Source: Octopus bimaculoides
Taxonomy: Eukaryota
Direction of reading: 5' to 3'
Assembly (NCBI RefSeq): GCF_001194135.2
Contig: NC_068988.1
Location: 93,460,549 to 93,524,515 of the forward strand
DNA length: 63,967 bases
In this document: positions 50,041-60,611 of the stretch, piece by piece
How positions within the stretch are numbered: the first letter of the stretch is position 1
How the letters are laid out: every line of letters begins with the position of its first letter
Translations under genes and position numbers: made by a program
The notes under the pieces: generated by a model
Told to the model about the DNA's origin: nothing
Databases searched by the model: none
The model's input: the letters and a program-made list of their open reading frames with translations, nothing else

Positions 50041-51299
50041 TTCGCGTTTGAAAGAAAAAAAAGAGGGGAAATACAGAATGCTTTTCTTTCTTTTAATCTT
50101 TCATCTTCTAACTGCTTTTAGTCGTTCGGGGCCCCAGGATTCTAGAATGTAGGTGCTTCGAACTCTGTACTTTTCGTTCAGCTAAAGAGGATGAAAGGAA
50201 AAGTGGACACGGATGGTATTTGGTTTCTGAAATTAAATGGAAGGGTCCAGTCACCACATAACATTTTACCTGAGACTGTACCAAGTTTAACATCTCTTTG
50301 ACGCTGTGTGCGCATGCGTCTATTTATATATGGCACATTTATAGTTTCAATCAGCAGCTAACTTTCATCTCTGCACTCGCGTATGCTGTGTACCACCACA
50401 CTACTAATGGTCTACAACATAACAACAGTGCTACATAAAAACTACCTTTTTACTGCTAGTGGTTTGCATCACAAAGTACTAGATTCGAGAAGGTAAACAA
50501 AAATTCCATTTTACTTAGAATTTAAAAATAAACTATTGAACGTAAGCTGAAGATATATTATTCCATTATGTGCAACAGAAACCGTATTTATTAAAATAAC
50601 CATTTGCATATCAAACTTATTGGAAATACACCACGAATAAAGCAAATTTTCTGCGCTATTTGCCCAGAGATGTTATCTCTTATGAACGTACTATGTTTAG
50701 AAACAGAAATATATCCGTATCAGAGGAGAACTCGTCCAAGCAGAGCCCGTAAAAATGCTAGATGCGCATTTCTGTCTCATTGCGCTTTGTCAGCAGCATG
50801 TTCTCACTGGTAACTACAAGTCAAAATCCGTTACTATTGATATAGAAAAACGGTGTTTGAACATTCGTTGATGTTGCAATTAGCCACTCGGTTGAATAAA
50901 TCCGTTTATTGCAACGGCAGCACTACTAAATAAATAGCCATCTCTGTATCACTCTTTCTTAGCCAAGATTTTCAATTTAAATTTCAATACTTCCAATATT
51001 TTCGTTAAACAGGATTTTCTTAAAACCACTTCATCACTGAATTTCTGCGAAATATTAATTCTTTGAAAGGTCGGACAGTTTGTTGAATATGACTATTTCG
51101 CAAACTATTCGCACAATTTCTCTCCTTCTTCGTAGTTCATTAATCTTTTCCAATCTTAAGATGAGAATTAATCACAGAAAAATTTGTGTATTAATATTTC
51201 CATAAAGAATATGAGCGAGAAAGCAAGGTGTGGTAAGTAGTTTGCCTTCCAGTGACATGGTTCTGCGTTCAGGCCCACGGCGTGCACTTTGGGCAAGAA

Positions 51300-51765
51300 C
51301 GTACAGACGGACGAAATGCTATTAAACATTTTGCCGTTTCTATTAATATTGTTTTCGCATTTTGGCACAAGGCCAGCAATTTCAGTGGAGCGGGTATGTC
51401 GATTACATCGACCCCAGTGCTCAACTGGTTCTTATTTTATAGACTTCATCCCTCCCCCCCAAAAAATGGCAGACAGTGTCGACCTCCACAGAATTCGAAC
51501 TCGGAACATAAAGACAAACGAATTGTCACCAATAATTTTCACCGGCATGCTGTAAGGATTCGTCCAGCTCGCCGCCAACCATTTCAAGTAATATCAGTTT
51601 CAAATTTTGTCACAAGGCTAGCAATTTCGAAGGATGGAAGGAGGAAATCGATTACATCGACTCCAGTACTCAACTGGTACTTATTTTATCGACCCCAGTG
51701 CTCAGCTGGTACTTATTTTATCGACCCCGGAAGGATGAAAGGCAATGTCAACCTCGATGGAATCG
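51300..51765 (-). mobile_element. cluster of two to three tandem family C SINEs
   Basis: TTTGGCACAAGGCCAGCAATTTC and TTTTGTCACAAGGCTAGCAATTTC tails; internal duplication of GACCCCAGTGCTCA.CTGGTACTTATTTTATC. Confidence 0.88.
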
Positions 51766-53245
51766 TTTCGTGTAATATTAGCAGATTACGTGAGCTGAAA
51801 AATAAATACCTCGCAATAAAAAGTACAAGTCTATAACCGCTTCAATCAAGACACAAAGCAGACTGGATTCATCTCCAGTTGATCAATAAAACATCTGACA
51901 GGATATTTAGTCTTCGATTTGGTCAAATCATTTTTATGAGTAACATATTTACATTAGCAGTAGAAACGGCACCGTTTCTTCAGTTCTTTAACAGCTTTCA
52001 CTCTTTGAACTATGGCCACTCAAGGGCCTCTGTTTCCAGGATATAATTGATTTTTTTCTACCTGCGTTCTTATTTCTCAGTTGGTATTTACTTTATTAAT
52101 TTAATGAGAATGAAAAGAAAAATGGGGATAGGCATGGGTGGGGGATTTGAATTCAGAACTTTAAGGCACGTAACTAAATAACAAAATATATTTTATTTCA
52201 GATTCTGTCTTCTTCCCACGAACGTGTATGTGCTTGTGTATTTGTGTGTATGTATGTATGTCATTGTTCAGTTTTCAAGACCAGATACCCTTCTGCATGC
52301 ACAAACCTCTGCAGTGCTATACTAATTCTACCTCTCTACCTGCTAGTGTTTTGTGAAACAAAATACTAGATTCTCGGAGGCAAACAAAAAAATCTTATTA
52401 CATTCAGCATTAAAGTATAGACCGAATGTCCACATTTACTCAAGTAGCAAGAATCTCGAAACGTCTTTGTATCTCTTCCGTCTATTAGGCCCAAAATCAA
52501 CGTCGATCAATATGATCCAACGTATTTGTATCATGAGTGTAATGAGCCATGATTAATAAGCGCATGAATGGTAACAGCTCGATGAACAGCTGCAAAGTCC
52601 TTTGGACAATTGGAAAAATAATCTTTCTCAATAAATTTGATGACAATGGCAAAACTAACGTATTTGTCAAGAAATGAACTTATCAATAATAAGAACAAAT
52701 ATTTTACGGAAAATATATTTTAATCGAACTTTTGAAATCAATGGAACTTTAGCTAGAAGTTGCTTACTTGGACCCCAGTAGTTATATCTTGATTGGTGCT
52801 TATTGTGTGGAAGGGATTATCAAAGGATTAGTAGAGGGACTAGGAATGGTTTGATCCCAGAACCTAAAGCAACAACCAAACGCAACATCTTTATCCTCCA
52901 CTCTACCAATTCTCTCAGCTATTTTGCCACGTGTCGTGTCTCAGCATGTACATGTGTGTTAGTATCTGTGTGGTATATTGGACATTTTTACTTTCAAGAC
53001 AAGATAATCCCATCCATGCACAAGTCCACGTAGTGTACCACCTTTGGTTCACTCAGAACGACAGTGCTACAGTAACTCTACCTTTCTACCTGCTAGTGTT
53101 TTGTGTCACAAAATACTAGATTCTCGAAGGCAAACAATTCTATTACATTTAGTATTTAAGAATAAAAGTTTGGCTCCAGAGGCCAAACTTAGCCATGTAA
53201 CAAGAATCTTGAAACCCCTTCTTTCCCTTATGTTATCATTTAGAC

Positions 53246-53495
53246 CAGCAGTTCTCTGCTACTTTTTACTTATGGACCCCTCTGATTTCTATTTTGTTCG
53301 GTTGGACCCTCATTACCACTCGATTTTAAAGAAACCCTATTATATTTTTCATAATTAAATATTATTAGGAATTCTATTTAAAAATCGTTAAAATATTTTG
53401 TGTAGAGCAGAAGTACAACCAGTTTGTTGCACAGAAATTTTAACAACAAATCTTATGCGTAACTTGTGAGGGTCATATATGGATCCCAGTTGGTT
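53246..53495. mobile_element. second, more decayed copy of the hAT MITE
   Basis: Shares ATTAAAAATCGTTAAAA.ATTTTG.GTA...AGAAGTA...CCAGTTT.TTGCACA.AAATTTTAACA.CAA.ATCTTAT with 46548-46832. Confidence 0.75.
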
Positions 53496-53520
53496 ACTTA
53501 TGCAATCTGCATCCGATATA

Positions 53521-53777
53521 CAGGCGGGGTGCAAAAGTAGGTATACAGTATGTATTACATCAATATTTGTTATACTTAATTCATTAAGATTATTAGCTCA
53601 TTAAATTAGTTAGCCTCGTTTTTGATAGTTTCAATGTCATTAATCATAAAAATACATTTATCATAACTATAATAATACTTTTATCGTAACTTTTGATTTT
53701 TTTTTTTTTTTGATAAAAATGAGTATTGTACGTGTTTTCTTTTTTCATAACTGTATTCCAGCTTTTGCACCACCCTG
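53521..53777. mobile_element. Tc1/mariner-type MITE
   Basis: TIRs CAGGCGGGGTGCAAAAGTAGGTATACAGT and ACTGTATTCCAGCTTTTGCACCACCCTG, with TA on both sides. Confidence 0.85.
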
Positions 53778-54744
53778 TATAGTGCAAGCAGAGACAATAA
53801 GCATTACTTCTCAATGTAGTTGCTATTTTCATCTCTTACAGAGATTTGCTAATTCGCTACATTGTTTGTTAATTTGTGATATAGTCTTTCTTGATAAATT
53901 TGATGACTATTACCAAACTTAACATATTTTCACTAAATTAACTAATTAGTTATAGGAACAAACATTTTAAGGAAAATATATTTTAATCAAACGATTGTGA
54001 AGTAATGAAATTTGGCCGGAAGTTGATAGCTTGAATTACTTCGTTACTTATTCGTCGACTGGTGCCTCTTGCTTGGAATGAAAGGTGAAATGTGTCAATG
54101 AACCTTAGAGGAATTTATTTCCAGAACCTAAACAGATATAACCAAAAACACCAACATCTTTATTCGCCACTCTACCAGTTCTATCAACTAATTACCAATG
54201 CCTGCGTGCGTGAGTATGTGTGTGTATATTGTACATTTTTATCTTCAAGACCAGATACCCTTCTGCATGCACAAACCTCTGCAGTGCTATACTAATTCTA
54301 CCTCTCTACCTGCTAGTGTTTTGTGAAACAAAATACTAGATTCTCGGAGGCAAACATAAAATCTTATTACATTCAGCATTAAAGTATAGACCCAATGTCC
54401 ACATTTACTCATGTAACAAGAATCTTGAAACCTCTTTGTTTCCTCTGTGTTAAGTCCAGGTCAACCTCAACCAATGAGATATACAGAACCAAAGACTTTC
54501 CTCGTTCCTTTCATGAGAATCGTGTCTCTTTAATAAGGATATGAATTTCATTCGTTTCAGCGTTTGATTAAACTGGATATTCAAAGACTTCTTGATCCTA
54601 TTTGTAATTAGTTCAGTTCTTGAGACTACACAAGTTCTGTCAACAATCAATCAACGTCATTTTCAAATTTCTCTTTACTTATACAGTTTGTGTACCGATG
54701 AATATTAGCACCAACATGACTGTGTATATAGAGAATTTTATACC

Positions 54745-54901
54745 GGCTTAGCTGTTTCGTAAGAAGTTTGCTTCTCAGCCACATGGTTCCAGATGCATAC
54801 TTACTTCGTGGCTCCTTGGGCAAGTGTGTTCTACTATAGTCTCAGGTCGACCAAAGCCTTGTGAATGGATTTAGTAGATGGAAACTGAAAGACGCTTATC
54901 G

Positions 54902-54951
<50 letters not shown>

Positions 54952-55165
54952 TGAGTGTGCTTGCGTGCGTGTGTGTCTGTGTTTGACCCCTACCACTACT
55001 TCACAAGTAGTGTTGGTTTGTTTACACCCGGTTCGGCAAAAATAACCGATATAATACGCACCAGGCTTACAAAAAGCACTGGCGGTGATGTGCTCAACGA
55101 AATATTCTTCAAGGAGGTGCCCCAACATGGCCGCAGTCTAATGACTGAAGCAAGTAAAAGATAAG
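54745..55165 (+). mobile_element. family B SINE with internal (GT)n
   Basis: Head and tail both present. Confidence 0.9.
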
Positions 55166-56871
55166 AAAATGTTAATTTGTTTCATTAGCGCAAATGGTAA
55201 TTCCATGACATTGCTACAGAAGAACCGAACCAATTCCAACAAAACATTTCTATCGAAAGCAACGAACCTTTAACTAACAGTTGATTACTTCGACCCCAGA
55301 ACTTAATTCTTGACTTGGTGACTGGTGCTTATTCTCTGGAATGGAGGATGAAAACATAAGAGGATCCAGGGGTGGGGGGAAATTCCATACCAGAATGCTA
55401 AGAGACATAATCAATTACCCCCAATAGGTTTTATCCTAGACTTTACCCCAATAGGTTTTATCCTAGACTACCTACCAATGTGTATAAGCACACGCGCGTG
55501 TGTATGTGAGTGCATATGTGTGTATGTGTGTGTGAGTGTGTGTGTATGTGTGTGCGTGCGTGTGTGTTTATGTGTGTGTGCGTGTGTGTATAAATTTTAC
55601 ATTATTATTTTGAAAACCGGATACTCTAGTTCATGCACCTGTTTGTACAGTGTGCCGCATCTGGTCCACACTTAAACAACGGTGCTACATTAAACCTGCC
55701 TTTTTACTGCTAGGGTTTTGCATCACAAAATACTAGATTCGAGAAGGCAAACACAAAATCCAGGATTTACGTAGACTCTACTGAATTCAACTTCCAGGTG
55801 TAACTATTTATCAAGAATCTCAAAAGCCCTGTTTAAAAAAAAAATCATGGGGTTATTTAAAACCAGCTCCAGCCTGACAGAATACTCGTATGATCAAATG
55901 CATTCCTTGTGTAATCACCATTCCCTCTCTTTAGATGTGTCATATATATCTAGGTATTTGATTATCCAATATGAACTTTTCTTAAAATAGTAGATAGTGA
56001 TTTGACACTTGTTATGTTCTGAATCTTTTGTTTTACTGTTTCGTAGGTCGAAATATCAACTGTTTGCAGTGAACTTTGCGGCCAATGTTATTATGATATG
56101 CAATATGAATATAGCTCGTTCACTGGATATGTTTTAACGATATATTGTGTAAAGACATATTTAATGTTCTCCATAATACTTCAATGGTTTTGCTAGTTTC
56201 GTTCGCAAAAACGTCCATAGTACGATATGATAGGAAGCTGATGTTCGAAGCGTTGATAAACGCGTGGATCTCATAGGCAGACAGTCTCAATACGTATCGT
56301 TGCTATCAAGGGCGACGACAACATTGCTCTCATCAAATCCTTCCAAATAGACAGAGCCCACCGGGAGGTCACCAGAAGACCTGGCTTCACTGAAGCTGTA
56401 TTGATAGTCATTAGAGAAAGAGAAAGATTCACGACGTCAGAGGACATCGTTAACAGTTGTCGCCAGTAACTTAGTGATATTGGGAGTCCGATAGGGCAAT
56501 CGTTGGCAGAGTAAGAGAGGTTGTCTTCTTTGGGGATAGGACACATTGTAGCCTGTTTCTAAAGTACAGAGGGAGAGATTGGAATATTAGGGCTTACTTT
56601 TGAGGTACAATATATGGAGTTAATAGAAAGGATACCGCAAAATCAGTTACCTTAGTTTGAAGTGACTGAAGGGACGTTCACACTCGGCGGGTTTGTATGG
56701 GAGAGTGTGGACCTGGACGAATGGAAAGGGACGGAAGTACTACCAGGATCGCAATTAGATCCTGATCTAAATCCAAATATGGAAGACAGGACAAATTGTA
56801 AGCAATCTATTTGAGGTCTTAAGATGAACTGAGTGCTTAAACTGTAAAACATTTATTTTATTTATTTGTAG

Positions 56872-57300
56872 ATGTACCACTTATGTGTCATCGGAAGTTT
56901 CCAGCCTCGTTTTGGGATAGTGCATACCAAAGTTCGACGAGCAGTCTTCCACACAGTTTCCATTTTCCATCAGATGCTTATTTGAATTCATCCCTTTATG
57001 CAATGTCGGGTTTCCATAAAACATGGCCTTACTCACTTGCATCACAGACTCACAGCTACGCTCCGCAACCAGCTCACACCTTTTCTTATTCACCAATGGA
57101 AACCGCCGCCAGCCGATATAGTCCGCACTATACACCTTTTATGATGCAGTCTCCAGCCCAAATGAGCAGTCGGATTGAGTCGAGACATGGACAGTACGAC
57201 GTCGGGAAATCGAGTGACCCATTTAGTTCAGCATATTATCCAGTACCTCGTTTAAGCGGAGAGATGGGTTCCAGTTTCAATCTTGAATCGAGCGGTTTAG
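56872..57300 (+). CDS. vg: vestigial-like coding exon: (D)VPLMCHRKFPASFWDSAYQSSTSSLPHSF...MGSSFNLESSGL
   Basis: Acceptor tttatttgtag|AT at 56871/56872, phase 1, completes G|AT = Asp. RKFPASFWDSAYQ matches the VGLL2 RSFPASFWNSAYQ motif. Donor TTAG|gtcagt at 57300/57301. Confidence 0.93.
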
Positions 57301-57764
57301 GTCAGTGCCATTAATATATTATTTTCGTTTCTTTTTTTTATTTTCATTATTTTATTAATTAAACGTGTAGATAATTCGTTTTTTTTCTCGGTGGAACTTG
57401 AAGTAGATAAAGCTACAAGTAACAGCGTGTAAATATTGAGTTTTAAAACCTTTTGAATTGGAAGACGAACCTAGATTTCCTGTAAACATGACTGACGTCC
57501 AACCATTCTACCAAATCAACCCTTTGATTTTCTCAGTCTCTTTTAGAAGCATAGTGCTTACCAACGAGAATTACGTCAAAGGAACTTAGGAATTTTGAGA
57601 GAGCGCGAAATAATTTGTTTTTATTGGTGAAACTCGAAGTAGATAAAGCTATAAATAATAGCGTGTAAGTCGAAAAAGTCGAGGGTCATCGAGGTATGTT
57701 GCAATACATATAAATGCGATTTAGGCAGGAATTCGACAGGAGGTAGTTATCTTTTCTTTTTTTA

Positions 57765-57935
57765 CTTGTTTTAGTCATTAGAGAGCGGCCATGCTGGGGC
57801 AATGCCTTGAAGAGTTTTTAGCCAAACGAATCAACCCCGGTACTTATTTATTTAAAGCGTGGTATTTATTCTATCGCCTCTTTTGCCGAACTGCTTGGTT
57901 ATTGGGGTATAAACTCATCCATTCCGGTTGTCAAG
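57765..57935 (-). mobile_element. family B SINE tail (similar tails at 7605-7730, 31780-31935, 43205-43420)
   Basis: TTACTTGTTT.AGTCATTAGA..GCGGCCATGCTGGGGCA..GCCTTGAAG. Confidence 0.8.
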
Positions 57936-59089
57936 TAGTGGTGTTAAACTTCATACTTTACACTCCTGGAGTTAATACCAGCAATGTACTGGTGTAGAAG
58001 GAATCGACAATTGTTATTCCAGAAAGTCAATTATTCTGTTCACAGTTGAGTATCATTCCTTCTACTAGAACAGAACCTTCGTCCCTCTCTCCCAATTGAA
58101 GGAAACCAGTTTCTTTGTTGAAAGGAATCGGTTACTTTGTGCTGAACAGCAAAGGAAATAATTTGTTTAGTCCGTTGATAACAATAATCCAGTGAAAATA
58201 ATTGACTTCATCTCAAAGAATAGAAGACTTTAAAATACAAACCTGATTCCGAAATTAAGTGTGAAGCTTACTTTCAAAAATAACAGTTTCCCTTGTAAAA
58301 GTAATGTTTACTGATTAACTGGGATTAGGAAATAATCCCAACATAAATAAAGAGTATTAGAACAAGTGATGAGCTTCTAATGTTGTATAGGAGAAGTTTC
58401 TCCTTTCAATCCCTCTTGCCAATTTGACCATTAACAAAACCAATCCGTTTCTTCATAAGACTTTCCAATTCTAGCAACAACGTTTAAGTTAAAACATTTT
58501 TAAAAACGTAAAACAAAACGGTTTTTCCAAATTTATTTTATTCCTTCTTCTTGTCTGTGATGTTTCTGTCCTTTCTTTCTTGTTTCTCTCACCTTCTCCA
58601 TCCCAATGCTTCGGATTAGTACTGTCAGCAAGTAAGGAACAGCGGTGTTAACGTAACTTATATTTCAGCTAGCCTTCAGTAACATTAGCTACAGCTAGAC
58701 AACACTTACGAGACGAAGTGCCAGTACTTGACGACTGCTGGATTAAAAGCCTGTTATTTGAACTGTCCTGCTCTAATCAACATTACTCATTTGAAAAAGG
58801 CGTATCTTTTACACAAAGTGAAGCCTTCATTTCAACTAATTTATTTCATTCATTCCTAGTTTACATTCTTTGAAAGTAAGAATGTATGAAGACGGGTTCC
58901 ATTCGAATAGTTTTACTTTCTTTGGCATTTCTATATGTCTTCATATTTATGATTGGATAAATGAATGGATGAATGAGTAATAGAATGGAAGAGTAGCAGA
59001 TATGCAGCTATATATNNNNNNNNNNNNNNNNNNNNNNNNNNNNNNNNNNNNNNNNNNNNNNNNNNNNNNNNNNNNNNNNNNNNNNNNNN

Positions 59090-59130
<41 letters not shown>

Positions 59131-59239
59131 TATATATAAAGAGAGAGAGAGAGAGAGAGGGGAGAGTGGGAAATAGATTTGAATGACGTGGTGGGTATGC
59201 ATATTTAACGTGTATGTGTGTTCACACACGTACGTTTGT

Positions 59240-59570
59240 TTGTTTGATTTTCCCTCTTTCTTTCTCCCTCTTTCTCTCTCTCTATCTCTCTCTCTATCTC
59301 TATCTCTCTTTCTCTCTCTCTATCTCTCTCTCTATCTCTATCTCTCTTTCTCTCTCTCTCTGCTTCTGTGCTCGCGCGCGTTTATGCGCACGCGCGCGGC
59401 TGTGTAGTAGGAATAGTCCATAGGGGAAAAATTATTTTGTTAAGTGGCTCTCATACTGCTTTTGCATACTAGTAAACACCTCTGCGTCTACATATGTATA
59501 TTAACAACAACAACAACAACAACAACAACAATAATAATAATAATAATAATAATGATGATGATGATGATGA
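59240..59570. repeat. (CT)n/(CTAT) tract, short (CG) runs and compound (AAC)(AAT)(GAT) microsatellite
   Basis: Direct reading. Confidence 0.9.
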
Positions 59571-59754
59571 TATATTCACATATTAAATTTTGTTTTTATT
59601 GTAACTTATAATAAAGACAATTAACATTAAACTGAAATATACTCATTATTTCCGACGAAGATTAATAGAGCAATACTTCGAAGTCACTAAGTATAATATA
59701 TATATGTATATATGTGTTTATATGTATGTATATATGTATCTATATACACATATG

Positions 59755-59905
59755 TTCCTTCAATTTCCGTCAATCAAATTCACTCACAAGGCTTTGGCCA
59801 GCCCAAGGTGATAGTAGGAGACACTTGCCCAAGGTGCCATTCAATGAGACTGAGCCTAGAATCACATGGTTGAGAAGCAAACTTCTTACTACATCGCCAC
59901 ACCGA
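59755..59905 (-). mobile_element. family B SINE head
   Basis: TTCCTTCAATTTCCGTC.ATCAAATTCACTCACAAGGCTTTGG...GACACTTGCCCAAGGTGCCA...GCAAACTTCTTAC. Confidence 0.88.
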
Positions 59906-60169
59906 TGTTTATCTGCTTTTTTTTTAATGGTAAAGTGTTATTCGAGAGAGATTTGGCTGCTATATTTCAGGTCAAGTGACAGCATAAAAGCTCTCTTGGA
60001 TCTTTTCCATTTGAACGGCAGATCGAGAAATGAATTTTTTTGTAATTAAACACTTTCAAACTTCGGACACTGGTAGAATGTGTCATATAAAACATCTTTT
60101 ACTCTTAGTGTTGTTGAGAAAAGTTTCTATTTTCAAAGTTATTTCGAGTTAAAGTTGTCGTATTTCGGA

Positions 60170-60330
60170 AATACCACTAAGCATATCACCCAGCGTGCTA
60201 ACGTTTCTTATTTCTTTATTGCCCACAAGGGGTCAAACATAGAGAGACAAACAAGAACAGACGAAGGGATTAAGTCGATCAGATCGCCCGGCGTGCTAAC
60301 GTTTCTGCCGTTTCTGCCAGCTTACCGCCT
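60170..60330 (-). mobile_element. family C SINE head containing a nested truncated SINE
   Basis: GCGTGCTAACGTTTCT duplicated at 60193-60208 and 60291-60306 around an insert beginning TATTTCTTTATTGCCCACAAGG. Confidence 0.75.
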
Positions 60331-60558
60331 TAAAGACATTATCAATATTGAATAGAAAATAAATGTAGTAGGTAGTAGAACTTCAATGTTACCGTTACCG
60401 CCCACGCAAAATGCAAGGATACATCTGTGTGGGTTGGTGGGCATTGTGTGGTGGCATGGGGTAGGCATATAAAGGGTATGGTTAGAACGACAACAGAATG
60501 CATGTTTAGTAACTGTTTTCTATTAATAAATTCTAACTCATAATCTTTCTCTTTACAG

Positions 60559-60611
60559 TTTCAGGAATAGAAGTACCAGTTCAACAAACAAAAAAGGAAT
60601 TTTATTGGTGA
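60559..60611 (+). CDS. vg: vestigial-like terminal coding exon: (V)SGIEVPVQQTKKEFYW*
   Basis: Pyrimidine tract tctttctctttacag| with a phase-1 join. Stop TGA at 60609-60611. The ending resembles the Vg/VGLL QDKSKDLYWF terminus. A second in-frame AG lies at 60563-60564. Confidence 0.85.

Larger units (their letters stand above)
50300..55830 (+). repeat. decayed local tandem array, five units sharing a CTAG-bounded hairpin core
   Basis: Core CTACCT..T(C/T)TAC(C)TGCTAG-G-TTTG-3nt-ACAAA-TACTAGATTC..G.AGG.AAACA, with hairpins at 50456, 52343, 53093, 54313 and 55710; not seen elsewhere in the window. Confidence 0.85.
21214..60611 (+). other. vg: vestigial / VGLL2-3-like gene, span of supported coding exons (true 5' end upstream, 3' UTR downstream)
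   Basis: Three exons join in frame through GT-AG introns (274+429+53 = 756 nt). The product has the TONDU/Vg motif, the FPASFW motif and a K-K-E-F-Y-W C-terminus like the Vg/VGLL2 ...KDLYWF end (recalled family knowledge). Confidence 0.93.

Noticed and set aside
56260-56800. About 69-codon open + strand frame and GC-richer block just upstream of exon 3, considered as a cassette exon
   Set aside because: No convincing acceptor/donor pair or Vg homology; more likely a decayed retroelement that I could not classify.
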